Numbered from the stretch's first letter, positions 9,192 through 19,445 are shown. The stretch is DNA of 64,000 nucleotides from Candidatus Marinacidobacterium sp. (GCA_965220965.1 OZ244852.1:448001-512000); one strand, 5' to 3'. Numbers and translations are program-made. The notes: generated by a model not told the origin, from the sequence alone.

Positions 9192-10307
9192 TTGTTCTCC
9201 TCCCAGCCGCTGCTCCAGGCGGTAGTGCTCGAAGCGGCGGTTCTGTTCGCGGCTTTCGCCGCCGGGCTGCTTCTGGAGAGGGCGCTGCGTCGGTGGGCGC
9301 GCCGTCACGCGGCGCGCACCGCCACCGGGTGGGACGACTGGCTCGTCGAGCGCGGCTTCCACTGGGTCCCGTCGGGGCTGCTGGCGGTTGTCTCGCTCCA
9401 CCTGTTCCGGCTGCTTCGGCCCGATGGCGTCGAAGCCCCCTTTCTCACCGGGGTCGCCCAGATCCTGCTCCTGCTCGCCGGGATCCGGGTCGCGGTCGAC
9501 CTCGTGCTCGCAAGCCTTCGATTCCGCCAGCAGCGCTTCGGGCTCCCGGCGGCCTCGATCCTTCGCAACACCGTCCTCTCGGTGGCGGTGGTGGCGGCGG
9601 TGCTCGTCGTCCTCGATCAGGCGGGCGTCTCCATCGGGCCGCTTCTCGCGACCCTCGGCGTCGGAGCGCTGGCGCTGGCGCTCGCGCTCCAGCCGGCGCT
9701 CGGCAACCTGTTCGCCGGGATCCAGCTCATGGCGGCGGGCCACTTCAAGGTCGGGGACTTCATCCGGATGCGCGACCTCGATGGTCTCGAGGGCTTCGTG
9801 ACCGACATCGGCTGGCGCAGCACGACGCTCCACACCCTCCTCGACAACACGATCACGATCCCGAACTCGCGGCTCGCGGAAGCGGTGCTCACGAACCTGA
9901 ACTCCCCGGACCCGAAGCTCCGCATTCTGGTTCCGGTCGGCGTCCACTACGACAGCGATCTGGACGAGGTGGACCGGGTCACCCGGGAAGTGATCCGGGA
10001 GGTCCAGCAGTCGTGTCCGGTCCTGGTCTCCGACTTCGCGGGGGATGTCCGCTGGACCGCGTTCGCGGACTCCGCGGTGACGTTCGACGCGATCCTGCTG
10101 GTGAACCAGCCGCGCGACCGCTTCGAAGCCGCCAGCGTCTTCATCCGGGCGATCCATCGGCGGTTCGGCGAGGAAGGGATCGAGATCCCCTATCCGATCC
10201 GCAACCTCTACCTGCGCGGCGTCGAGAAGGGCTCCGGGTTCCCCGTTCCGGGGGCTGACCGCGCGGAGGTGGCGCCGAGCGACGACCGAACCGCGGAGCG
10301 CCGGTGA
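9192..10307 (+). CDS. mscS: Small-conductance mechanosensitive channel (MscS family); start approximate
   Basis: LLATLGVGALALALALQPALGNLFAGI, FKVGDFI, DIGWRST, IPNS and GIEIPYP. Confidence 0.88.
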   Translation: MFSSQPLLQAVVLEAAVLFAAFAAGLLLERALRRWARRHAARTATGWDDWLVERGFHWVPSGLLAVVSLHLFRLLRPDGVEAPFLTGVAQILLLLAGIRVAVDLVLASLRFRQQRFGLPAASILRNTVLSVAVVAAVLVVLDQAGVSIGPLLATLGVGALALALALQPALGNLFAGIQLMAAGHFKVGDFIRMRDLDGLEGFVTDIGWRSTTLHTLLDNTITIPNSRLAEAVLTNLNSPDPKLRILVPVGVHYDSDLDEVDRVTREVIREVQQSCPVLVSDFAGDVRWTAFADSAVTFDAILLVNQPRDRFEAASVFIRAIHRRFGEEGIEIPYPIRNLYLRGVEKGSGFPVPGADRAEVAPSDDRTAERR

Positions 10308-12061
10308 GCCGCAGCTCGCCAGCGGGGCCGGGGGGCCGTCCGGCATCGCGCATCCGCTACCAGCCGAACGAGCGGCCGCCGCCGCTGCTCTCCCTGGGCC
10401 TCGCGTTCCAGACGATGCTGGTGCAGGTCGGGGGGATCGTCCTCACCCCGCTCATCGTGGTGCGCGCCGCCGGCAGCGCCGTCCCGGACGGCTACCTGAA
10501 CTGGGCGCTCTTCGCGGCGCTCGTGGTGAGCGGCGTCTCCACCGTGCTTCAGGTGCGCGGCGTGGGCCGTCTCGGCGCCCGGCACTCGCTGACGATGGGC
10601 ACATCCGGCGCCTTCATCGGGGTGAGCGTGGCGGCGCTCGTCACCGGCGGCCCCGCGCTGCTCGCCGCGCTCGTGCTGGTCTCTGCGCTCTTCCAGTTCC
10701 TGATCGCGTTCCGTCTGTCCTGGCTGCGGCGGATCCTCACGCCGACGGTGGCGGGCGTGGTGCTCATGCTCATCGCCGTTCCGGTGATGCCGATCCTCTT
10801 CGGGATGATCACGGATGTCCCGGAAGCGGCGCCGCCGTGGGCGGCCACCGTCACCTTCCTGGTGACGCTCGCCACCGTGGCCGGGTTCGCGATCCGGGGA
10901 GGCCGGTCTCTCCATCCGTGGTCCGTCGGCCTCGGGCTCGTCGCGGGCGGAATCACCGCGGGGTGGTTCGGCATCTTCGACCTGGCCTCGGTGGGGGAGG
11001 CCGGCTGGCTCCGGCTGTTGCCCGCCGGCTGGCCCGGAGTCGACGCCTCGCTGGGCGCGGAGTTCTGGGCCCTCCTCCCGGCCTTCGTCTTCGTGACCCT
11101 CGTCGGCGCGATCGAAACCCTGGGGGACGCGATCGCGATCCAGCGGGTCTCCTGGCGGGACCGCCGGGTCGCCGACTACCGGGTCGTCGAGGGCGCCGTC
11201 GCCGCCGATGGCGCCGGGAACCTCCTCTCCGGCCTCGCCGGGACCGTTCCAAACACCACGTATTCGACCAGCGTCTCGATCACCGAGCTGACCGGGGTGG
11301 CTTCGCGCCGGGTGGGCGTCCTCGTCGGCGTCATCCTCGCCGCGCTGGCGTTCTTCCCGAAGTTCACCGCCTTCTTCGTGGCCATCCCGAATCCGGTGAT
11401 CGCCGCCCTCGGCCTGTTTCTGATCGCCATCCTCTTCACGACCGGGTTCCGGCTGGTCGCCTCGGACGGGATGTCGATGCCGAAGGCGGTCATCGTGGGG
11501 GTCTCGTTCTGGCTCGGATCAGCCTTCCACGCCCGGATGGTGTTCCCCGGGGAGTTCGACGGCATGGTGGGGTCGCTGCTATCGGACGGCATGACCGCTG
11601 GCGGCCTCACGGCGCTGGCGCTCGTCTTCTTCTCCGAGTGGACCGGCCCGCGTCCGCGCCGGCTCTCGATGCCGCTCGACGCCGGGGCCGGTCCGGGCAT
11701 CGTGGAGTTGCTGACCGCGGTCTCGACCCGCCGCCGCTGGGACGCCGGGTCCTCCGCCCGGCTGGTGGCGGCGGCCGAGGAGGCGCTCCTGACCCTGCTG
11801 GACGAGTCGGAGGACCGGGGCGGGGCGCGTCGGCTGCGGTTCACCGTCCGCGCCGGCCGAGGCTCCGCCCAGCTCGAATTCGTGGCCGCCGGCGGCGGCG
11901 AGAACATCGAGGACCGGCTGGCGCTTCTTTCCGATCAGCCCGAGGCCCCCGAGGAAAGCGAGCTCTCGCTTCGGCTGCTGCGCCACTACGCGAGCTCCGT
12001 GGAGCACCGCAAGTACACCGATCTGGACATTCTGACCGTCCACGTGGAGGCGGGCCGCTGA
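10304..12061 (+). CDS. NCS2 (xanthine/uracil permease) family transporter with an extra C-terminal soluble domain
   Basis: FQTMLV, IETLGD, ADGAGNLLSG, PNTTYS..ITELTGVASRRV and FFPKF, plus a ~140 aa soluble C-terminal extension. Confidence 0.85.
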   Translation: MSRSSPAGPGGRPASRIRYQPNERPPPLLSLGLAFQTMLVQVGGIVLTPLIVVRAAGSAVPDGYLNWALFAALVVSGVSTVLQVRGVGRLGARHSLTMGTSGAFIGVSVAALVTGGPALLAALVLVSALFQFLIAFRLSWLRRILTPTVAGVVLMLIAVPVMPILFGMITDVPEAAPPWAATVTFLVTLATVAGFAIRGGRSLHPWSVGLGLVAGGITAGWFGIFDLASVGEAGWLRLLPAGWPGVDASLGAEFWALLPAFVFVTLVGAIETLGDAIAIQRVSWRDRRVADYRVVEGAVAADGAGNLLSGLAGTVPNTTYSTSVSITELTGVASRRVGVLVGVILAALAFFPKFTAFFVAIPNPVIAALGLFLIAILFTTGFRLVASDGMSMPKAVIVGVSFWLGSAFHARMVFPGEFDGMVGSLLSDGMTAGGLTALALVFFSEWTGPRPRRLSMPLDAGAGPGIVELLTAVSTRRRWDAGSSARLVAAAEEALLTLLDESEDRGGARRLRFTVRAGRGSAQLEFVAAGGGENIEDRLALLSDQPEAPEESELSLRLLRHYASSVEHRKYTDLDILTVHVEAGR

Positions 12062-12162
12062 CACGAGGGGCCGGGAGGCGGAGGGTGGTATATCCTCGCT
12101 GGAACGCCCCGGCGCGGCCCGGTGGGGTGGTGGGTACGGCGGCGGGACGGGAGGAGAGACGC

Positions 12163-15100
12163 GTGAGGTTCTTCGTCGCCGCAGGCCGGTGGTCGGTTCC
12201 CCTGCGAACCCTGGGATTCGGTTTCATCGCCGCGCTGGGGTCGGTCACGACCGCGGCCGCGGTCCAGAGTCCCGAGCAGGTGGATTCGGTCCTGAACCGG
12301 CTCGAGTGGCGGGACATCGGGCCCGCGATCATGGGCGGCCGGATCGACGACCTGGCGGTCGTCGAGAGCGACCCCCGGGTGTTCTGGGTGGCGACCGCGT
12401 CCGCCGGGGTGTGGAAGACCGAGAACCAGGGCGTCACCTGGATCCCCCAGTTCCAGCACGAGGAGGTCTCGTCGATCGGGTCCATCGCGGTGGCCGCGTC
12501 GGACCCGTCCGTGGTCTGGGTGGGGACGGGGGAACCCGCGAACCGCCAGAGCAGCTCGTGGGGGAACGGCGTGTATGTCTCGCGGGACGGCGGGACCACC
12601 TGGACGCACCGCGGCCTGTCCGACACCCACCACATCGGCCGCGTCCTCGTGCACCCTCGGGACCCTGACACCGTCTACGTCGCCGCGCTCGGCCACCTCT
12701 GGGGCCCGAACGAGGAGCGGGGCGTGTTCCGCACCCGCGACGGCGGGGAGACCTGGGACAAGGTGCTCTACGGCGACCCGGACACCGGCGCGGTGGAGCT
12801 CGCGATGGACCCGCAGAGTCCCGACATCGTTTACGCGGCGCTCTATCAGCGGCGGCGGCGCGCCTACGGCTTCGCCGGCGGGGGACCCGGGAGCGGCATC
12901 CACCGGACGACCGATGGCGGGGACACCTGGACGAAGCTGGCCGGCGGACTCCCCGAGGGGGACACCGGCCGCATCGGGCTGTCGGTCTACCGGAAGGATC
13001 CGAGGGTGGTCTACGCGATCGTGGAGAACGCTGACGGCGGCGTCTTCCGCTCCGAGGACCGCGGGCTTACCTGGACCCGCATGAGCGACACGAACCCCCG
13101 GCCGATGTATTACAGTCAGATCCGCATCGATCCGAACAACGACCAGCGGATCTGGGTTCTCGGCACCCGGATGCACTACTCGCAGGACGCCGGGCGCACC
13201 TTCGACACCGACTGGGTCCAGCGGATCCACGTGGACCACCACGCGCTCTGGATCAATCCGGCCAACTCGGACCACATGGTGCTCGGGAACGACGGCGGGA
13301 TCCACCTGTCCCTCGACCGGGGCCGGAGCTGGGACTTCGTGAACACGATCCCGCTCTCCCAGTTCTACGAGATCGGCTACGACCTGCGGGTCCCGTATCT
13401 CGTCTACGGCGGACTCCAGGACAACGGGAGCTGGGCCGGCCCCTCGCGGACGCTCTTCCGCCAGGGCATCAGCAACGAGGACTGGTTCCGGATCGGCGGC
13501 GGAGACGGCTTCTACACCCAGGTCGTCCCCGACGACCCCGACACCGTCTACGTGGAGTCCCAGAACGGGAACCTGCGGCGGCTGAACCGGGCGACCGCCG
13601 AGACCAAGACGATCCGGCCCCGCGAGGAGCCGGGAGACGGGGACCGCTACCGCTTCGACTGGAACAGCCCGATCGTCGTCTCTCCCCACGACCCCGACAC
13701 GGTCTACTACGGCGGGAACCGTCTGTTCATCTCGCGGAACCGGGGTGACGGCTGGACCCGGACCGACGACCTGACGAAGCGGCTCGACCGCGACGAGATG
13801 CCGATCATGGGCGCTCCGGTCACCGACGAGACGCTCTCGCGCAACGACGGGATCTCCACCTTCGGACAGATCACGACGCTCGCCGAGTCACCGGTCGAGG
13901 CCGGCGTGCTCTACGTCGGGGCCGATGACGGGAACCTTCAGCGCAGCCGGGACGGCGGCGCCACCTGGGACAACATCACCGGCAACCTGCCCGGAGTCCC
14001 GGACCAGACCTATGTGACCCGGATCGTCGCGTCCGCCCACGCCGCCGGCCGGGTCTACGTGACGCTCGACGGTCACCGCAACGACGACTACGCGACCTAC
14101 GTGTTCGCGAGCGACGACTACGGCGACACGTTCCGGTCGCTGGCGGCCGATCTGCCCCCCGAGGCGGCGCTCAACGTGATCCGGGAGCACCACGACAACG
14201 AGGATCTGCTCGTCGTGGGCGGTGAGTTCGGCGCCCATCTGACGCTGGATCGGGGCGCGAGCTGGCGCCGGATCGAAGGGGAGTTCCCCACGGTTCCGGT
14301 GGACGACCTGGCGATCCACCCCGTGGAGAACGACCTCATCATGGGAACTCACGGACGCGGGGTCTGGATCGCCGACGACATCACCACGCTTTCCTCGCTC
14401 GAGGCGGCCGATTTCGAGCGGGATCTCCATGTCTTCCCGATCCGCGACGCGGTGGCGTGGAGGATGTACACCCACAAGGGGAACACCGGGCACAAGTTCT
14501 TCATCGCCGAGAACCCGCCGGAAGGGGCCCTGATCCACATCCTGGCGGAGGAAGCCGGCGAGGTCGGGATCACCGTGCTCGCCGCCGACGGCGCCACCAT
14601 CCGTTCGCTGACGGCGGACCTCGAACCGGGACTCAACCGGACGAACTGGGATCTCCGGCACGACCCGCCGATCCCCGGCCAGGGCGGGGGCTTCGGCGGC
14701 CCGCCGTCGGGACCCCGCGCGCTGCCCGGGACCTACACGGTGCGGGTGACCCGGGGTGACGCCACCGCCGAGGCGAGCGTCCAGGTGTCCGAGGACCCGA
14801 GGCTGGGCCTCTCCGAGGGCGACCGGCGCGCCAACCACGCGGCGCTGATGCGGCTCGCCGGCATGCTGAGCCGGATGGCGGGAGCGCACGAGACCGCGGC
14901 CGCCACCGCCGCCGAAGCCGCGGCGCTGCTCGAGGACTTTCCGGAGGGCGCCGCCGGCGAGCTGCGCGACCAGGTGAACGCTTTCCGCGAGGCGGCCGAA
15001 GCGGCCGCGAACGGTCTCTCGCGCAACGAGGGGCGCCCGGGCTTCAGCGCCTGGCCGCGCCCGCTCTTCGCGCGGATCAGCGCCGAGGCCCGCAACCTGG

Positions 15101-15273
15101 ACGCCTACACCGAGGCCCCGAACGCCGACACTCAGGCCCGGATCGACGCCATGGAATCCGAGCTGGGAGCGCGCCTGGCCGCCTGGGAGGCGGTTCGCGG
15201 GCAGATCGACGGACTGAACGAGGCGCTGCGCAGCGGGGGCCCGCCCCGGCTGACGCCGCGTCCGGGCGAATGA
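12163..15273 (+). CDS. Secreted BNR/Asp-box (VPS10/sortilin-like) beta-propeller glycosyl hydrolase-like protein
   Basis: GTG after GGAGGAG. Motifs WRDIGPAIMGGRIDDLA, repeated S/TxDGGxTW Asp-boxes, GGLQDNGSW, GGGDGF and RFDWNSP. Confidence 0.88.
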   Translation: MRFFVAAGRWSVPLRTLGFGFIAALGSVTTAAAVQSPEQVDSVLNRLEWRDIGPAIMGGRIDDLAVVESDPRVFWVATASAGVWKTENQGVTWIPQFQHEEVSSIGSIAVAASDPSVVWVGTGEPANRQSSSWGNGVYVSRDGGTTWTHRGLSDTHHIGRVLVHPRDPDTVYVAALGHLWGPNEERGVFRTRDGGETWDKVLYGDPDTGAVELAMDPQSPDIVYAALYQRRRRAYGFAGGGPGSGIHRTTDGGDTWTKLAGGLPEGDTGRIGLSVYRKDPRVVYAIVENADGGVFRSEDRGLTWTRMSDTNPRPMYYSQIRIDPNNDQRIWVLGTRMHYSQDAGRTFDTDWVQRIHVDHHALWINPANSDHMVLGNDGGIHLSLDRGRSWDFVNTIPLSQFYEIGYDLRVPYLVYGGLQDNGSWAGPSRTLFRQGISNEDWFRIGGGDGFYTQVVPDDPDTVYVESQNGNLRRLNRATAETKTIRPREEPGDGDRYRFDWNSPIVVSPHDPDTVYYGGNRLFISRNRGDGWTRTDDLTKRLDRDEMPIMGAPVTDETLSRNDGISTFGQITTLAESPVEAGVLYVGADDGNLQRSRDGGATWDNITGNLPGVPDQTYVTRIVASAHAAGRVYVTLDGHRNDDYATYVFASDDYGDTFRSLAADLPPEAALNVIREHHDNEDLLVVGGEFGAHLTLDRGASWRRIEGEFPTVPVDDLAIHPVENDLIMGTHGRGVWIADDITTLSSLEAADFERDLHVFPIRDAVAWRMYTHKGNTGHKFFIAENPPEGALIHILAEEAGEVGITVLAADGATIRSLTADLEPGLNRTNWDLRHDPPIPGQGGGFGGPPSGPRALPGTYTVRVTRGDATAEASVQVSEDPRLGLSEGDRRANHAALMRLAGMLSRMAGAHETAAATAAEAAALLEDFPEGAAGELRDQVNAFREAAEAAANGLSRNEGRPGFSAWPRPLFARISAEARNLDAYTEAPNADTQARIDAMESELGARLAAWEAVRGQIDGLNEALRSGGPPRLTPRPGE

Positions 15274-15322
15274 ACCGGGGCAGGAGACCGCCGCCAACCA
15301 CTTACGACGAGGAGGACCACCG

Positions 15323-17035
15323 ATGCCAGCATTGACACGAGCCGAGTTCCTGAAACTCTCGGGCGCCGCCGCCGCGGCGGGGCTCACCACCGCGGCCGGA
15401 TGCCAGACCGCCGGATCCGGCGCCCGGCCCGACATGATCGTGCGGAACGCCCGGGTGTACACCGCGGAATACACAAACGGCGGCCCCACGATGGACCAGG
15501 CCGAGGCCTTCGCGGTCCAGAACGGCCGCTTCTCCGCTGTCGGTTCGAACGACGAGATCTCGAACCTCGCGGGGCCGGGAGTCGAGGTCGTGGACGCCGG
15601 CGGCATGACGGTCGTGCCGGGGTTCATCGACGCTCACTGCCACCCTGGCGGGATGCGCGACCTGTTCGAGGTGAACCTCGACGTGCGGACGATCGACGAC
15701 ATCAAGCTGGCGATCCGCGCCGCCGCCGCCGACACCCAGGCGGGCTACTGGGTGGACGGCTTCAAGTACGACGACACCAAGGTCACCGAGAACGGCGTCT
15801 ATCGGCGGATCAACCGGCAGGATCTGGACGAGGCGGCCCCCGACCACCCGGTCCGGGTCTCGCACCGGGGCGGCCACATCGCCTGGTACAACTCCAAGGC
15901 CTTCGAGATGGCCGGCGTGGACCGGAACATCGCCGACCCTCCGGGCGGACGGTTCGAGAAAGACCAGGACGGTGAACTCACCGGACTCGTCGAGGAGAAG
16001 GCCCAGGACGTCTTCCGGGGCGTCGGCAGCCGGCGCGTCTACGGCCGCCGGGAGTTCCAGCAGGGCGTGGCCCACATGTCGAGGCTCATGACCGCCGCCG
16101 GCATCACGAGCGTCCACCAGACCGGCGGGGACAGCGACGGTCTGCGCGCGCTCGAGGACGCCTACGCCGCCGGCGAACTCCGCTACCGGATGTACTACTT
16201 CACTTCGGCGGGCGCGGATCTCTACCCCGCGCTCAAGACCGCCGGGATCCACCGCGGGTTCGGGAACGAGTGGCTCCGCATCGGGGCGGTGAAGTACGGC
16301 GCCGACGGTTCGGCGTCGGGCCGCACGATGTACATGAGCACGCCCTACGAGGGGACCGATGACCACGGGATCCTCACGATGACCCCCGAGGAGATCATGG
16401 AGGCGGTCGAGGACGCCCACGCCCACGACTTCCACATCGGGATCCATGCGAACGGCGACCTGACGATCGGATACGTCCTCGACGCCTACGAGAAGGTCCT
16501 CGCCGAAGCGCCGCGCGACGCCCGGCACCGTCTCGAGCACTGCTCGCTGGTGAACCCCGATCTGCTCGCCCGGATCCGGGATACCGGCTCGATCCCGACC
16601 CCGTTCTGGACCTACGTCCACTACCACGGGAACAAGTGGGTGGAGTACGGCGAAGAGAAGATGAAGTGGATGTTCGCCCACCGCTCCTTCCTCGACTACG
16701 ACATCAAGGTGGCCGGGGCTTCGGATTACGTGCCGGGTCCCTACGAGCCGATGATGGCGCTCCAGGCCATGATCACCCGCAAGGACACCGAGGGCCGGAT
16801 CTGGGGGGAGAACCAGCAGGTCACCATGGACGAGGCGCTCCGCATCGGGACGATCAACGGCGCCTGGGCCTCCTTCGAGGAGAACCTCAAGGGCAGCATC
16901 AAGACGGGCAAGCTCGCCGACTTCGTGATGCTCGAGCAGGATCCGCACGACGTCGCGGCGTCGGACCCGGACCGCCTCAAGGAGATCATCGTCCACCGCA
17001 CGGTCGTCGGCGGCATGACGATGCACCAGGTCTGA
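15323..17035 (+). CDS. Amidohydrolase family 3 (YtcJ-like) with Tat-like signal
   Basis: PGFIDAHCH, KYGADGS, IHANGD, RHRLEHCS, GASD and GSIKTGKLADFVML. Confidence 0.9.
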   Translation: MPALTRAEFLKLSGAAAAAGLTTAAGCQTAGSGARPDMIVRNARVYTAEYTNGGPTMDQAEAFAVQNGRFSAVGSNDEISNLAGPGVEVVDAGGMTVVPGFIDAHCHPGGMRDLFEVNLDVRTIDDIKLAIRAAAADTQAGYWVDGFKYDDTKVTENGVYRRINRQDLDEAAPDHPVRVSHRGGHIAWYNSKAFEMAGVDRNIADPPGGRFEKDQDGELTGLVEEKAQDVFRGVGSRRVYGRREFQQGVAHMSRLMTAAGITSVHQTGGDSDGLRALEDAYAAGELRYRMYYFTSAGADLYPALKTAGIHRGFGNEWLRIGAVKYGADGSASGRTMYMSTPYEGTDDHGILTMTPEEIMEAVEDAHAHDFHIGIHANGDLTIGYVLDAYEKVLAEAPRDARHRLEHCSLVNPDLLARIRDTGSIPTPFWTYVHYHGNKWVEYGEEKMKWMFAHRSFLDYDIKVAGASDYVPGPYEPMMALQAMITRKDTEGRIWGENQQVTMDEALRIGTINGAWASFEENLKGSIKTGKLADFVMLEQDPHDVAASDPDRLKEIIVHRTVVGGMTMHQV

Positions 17036-17631
17036 CCGGGGAGAAACGAGGCGCGCCGGCGTCCGCTGGCGCGCCGACCTCCAACGAAGAAGCGCTCGGG
17101 GCGCTCGCGGGGCTGATCCTCCGCCGGAACGAAACCGAGGCCCGGATCGCCGGGCTGATCGGCCGTCCCGGCCTCGTGGGTCACGTCGGCGAGTTCATCG
17201 CCAGCCGCATCTTCGACATCCGGCTTCACGTAGCCGCCACGCATCGAGGCGGCGACGGGGTGTTCCGCGATGGTCCGTACGCCGGGGACAGCGTGAACGT
17301 CAAGTGGTACCCGAAGCGCGAGGGGCTGCTGGATATAGGGAAGTACCGGCCGGACTGGTACCTGGTCCTCGCCGGACCGCGAGTTCCCGCCACCTCATCG
17401 CGGGGGGCGCGGCGACCGTGGGTCATCGACGAGGTGTTCCTGTTCCGCGCGGAGGCGCTGATCGACGAACTCGAGCAGCGCGAAGTCAGGATCGGGATCG
17501 CGACCGGGCTCCGGGCGGCGGACTGGGAGGCGGCGCGGCTGGGGGCCGGCCCGGGACCACGCCCCCCAAGCCCGCCGCTCGAACTCACCGATCGGCAGCG
17601 GGCGCTGCTCCGGCTCTTCCGCCCGAACTGA
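17032..17631 (+). CDS. Hypothetical protein, possible PD-(D/E)XK nuclease fold; start codon uncertain (CTG)
   Basis: Globular-looking GHVGEFIASRIFDIRL...GGDGVF...SVNVKWY..YLVL segment. No ATG/GTG/TTG lies between the upstream stop and this segment. Confidence 0.55.
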   Translation: MTGEKRGAPASAGAPTSNEEALGALAGLILRRNETEARIAGLIGRPGLVGHVGEFIASRIFDIRLHVAATHRGGDGVFRDGPYAGDSVNVKWYPKREGLLDIGKYRPDWYLVLAGPRVPATSSRGARRPWVIDEVFLFRAEALIDELEQREVRIGIATGLRAADWEAARLGAGPGPRPPSPPLELTDRQRALLRLFRPN

Positions 17632-17693
17632 CGCTGGGCCGGGGGCAACCCCTTCCGGCGACAATGGCGCTTCTTCAGCCCCGGGAGGCTTCC

Positions 17694-19091
17694 ATGGTTC
17701 GCACTCTTCTTGCGCTCGCTCTGCTGCTCGCCATCGCCCCGCCAGCCGCCGCCCAGCCGCCCGACACCCAGCGGCAGGTCGTGGACCGGAGGCAGTTCCT
17801 CGGGCAGGTCCCGACCTCGGACGACCCGCGCCGGGTTCCGGCGCCGCCGGGGGAACGCGGCCCGGAGGGCGTCCGGGTGCTCTTCGGGGGCTTCGTCTTC
17901 GACGGAACCGGCGCCGATCCGGTTCCGGCCAGCGTGGTCATCGACCGGAACCGCATCGCCGCGATCCTCCCCGAGGGGGACACCGGCTGGCCCGAGGACG
18001 CGCAGGTTCTGGACGTTCGGGGGCACACCGTTCTCCCCGGGCTGATCGATCTCCACACCCATCTCACTTACACCGAGCCGGGCGTCCCGCAGGCGCTCGC
18101 CATCGACCCGGCGCACCAGACGCTCCGGGCGATGGAGCGGCTTCACGTGTTCCTCGGCGCCGGGATCACCTCGATCCGCGACACCGGTTCCGCCGGAACG
18201 GTCCCCTTCATCGTGAAGGACTGGGTCAACCAGGGCCGCCTTCCCGGACCGCGGGTCTTCGCTTCCGGTTCGCTCATCACCGGGACCGGCGGCCACGGCG
18301 CCGAGGGGCTCTCGATCCACCACCCGCTCTACGGCGGGATCATCGAGGCGTCCGGTCCGGACGAGTTCCGGGACGCGGTGCGTCAGCAGTTCAAGATGGG
18401 CGCCGACCTGATCAAGATCGCGAGCCACTACTCGCGGGAGGAGATCGCCGCGGCGGTTGATGAAGCGCACGCTCTCGGCCTCAAGGTCACGGTGGACTCG
18501 GAGACCTTCTACACCGGCTGGGCGGTGGAGGCCGGGGCGGACACGATCGAGCATCCGCTCCCCCGGACCGACGAGGTGATCGCAATGATGGCCCGGCAGG
18601 GGACGGCCTCCGTCCCCACGATCATCACCTACGACTACATCTTCAACGAGCGCGGCAGCTACCACAGCTCGACCTCCCGCCGCTTCGAACTGAACGGCGA
18701 GATCAGCCGCGCGATGCTGCGCGAGCTGAAGGAGGCCGGCATCCTGATCGGGGTGGGGACCGACCTCATCCTCGAGAACTACCGCGACCTCCCCTACGCC
18801 TACGTCTGGGAGCTCGAGGCCTACGTGGAGGCAGGCTTCACGCGCTCCGAAGCGCTGGTCGCCGCCACCCGCGACAGCGCCCGGATCCTGGGGATGGACG
18901 ACAAGCTAGGCACGATCGAGCCGGGCAAGCTCGCCGACATCCTCATCGTGGAGGGGGATCCGCTGACCGACCTGGGCGCGCTCGCGAACGTGGCGGAGGT
19001 CTTCCGCGACGGCTACTGGGTCGTCCGGCGCGGCGAGGTGCGCCCCACCCCGCCCGAAACCCGGATCCGCCCCGGCCCGGGCCAGGAGTAG
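17694..19091 (+). CDS. Secreted metal-dependent amidohydrolase (imidazolonepropionase/prolidase-like)
   Basis: Signal peptide, PGLIDLHTH, GADLIKI, TIEH, GVGTD and GTIEPGKLADILIV. Confidence 0.9.
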   Translation: MVRTLLALALLLAIAPPAAAQPPDTQRQVVDRRQFLGQVPTSDDPRRVPAPPGERGPEGVRVLFGGFVFDGTGADPVPASVVIDRNRIAAILPEGDTGWPEDAQVLDVRGHTVLPGLIDLHTHLTYTEPGVPQALAIDPAHQTLRAMERLHVFLGAGITSIRDTGSAGTVPFIVKDWVNQGRLPGPRVFASGSLITGTGGHGAEGLSIHHPLYGGIIEASGPDEFRDAVRQQFKMGADLIKIASHYSREEIAAAVDEAHALGLKVTVDSETFYTGWAVEAGADTIEHPLPRTDEVIAMMARQGTASVPTIITYDYIFNERGSYHSSTSRRFELNGEISRAMLRELKEAGILIGVGTDLILENYRDLPYAYVWELEAYVEAGFTRSEALVAATRDSARILGMDDKLGTIEPGKLADILIVEGDPLTDLGALANVAEVFRDGYWVVRRGEVRPTPPETRIRPGPGQE

Positions 19092-19151
19092 CGGAGACGC
19101 CGGCGCCCGCTTCTGGCAGGATGCGCCTGACCCACCGGCGGGTCGTCATCA

Positions 19152-19406
19152 ATGGTTCTGCGCATCGAGGATCCCGAGGCCGAGCGACTCGCCCGGGAAC
19201 TCGCCCAGGAGCGCGGTACGACCCTCACCGAGGCGGTCGTCTTCGCCCTCTCCGACGCGCTGCGGCGGGCGCGCGGCCGGCGGAAGTCGGAGTCGCTCCG
19301 GGCCGCCATCCTCGAGATCTCGGAGCGCTGCTCCCGGCTGCGCGATCTCGACGCCCGGTCGGCTGACGAGATCCTCGGTTACGACGAGCGCGGCGGGTTC
19401 CGCTGA
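19152..19406 (+). CDS. vapB: Type II TA antitoxin, VapB (Rv0623-like)
   Basis: LRIEDPEAERLARELA..GTTLTEAVVFAL...ADEILGYDERG matches the Rv0623-like antitoxin pattern. Confidence 0.82.
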   Translation: MVLRIEDPEAERLARELAQERGTTLTEAVVFALSDALRRARGRRKSESLRAAILEISERCSRLRDLDARSADEILGYDERGGFR

Positions 19407-19445
19407 GGCCCTTCGGGACTCCGGCGACGCGGCGGCCCGGTGAGG

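Noticed and set aside
10837-12162. N-terminal extension of the 1478-aa ORF
   Set aside because: Overlaps the NCS2 permease out of frame. The RBS and signal peptide indicate a start at 12163.
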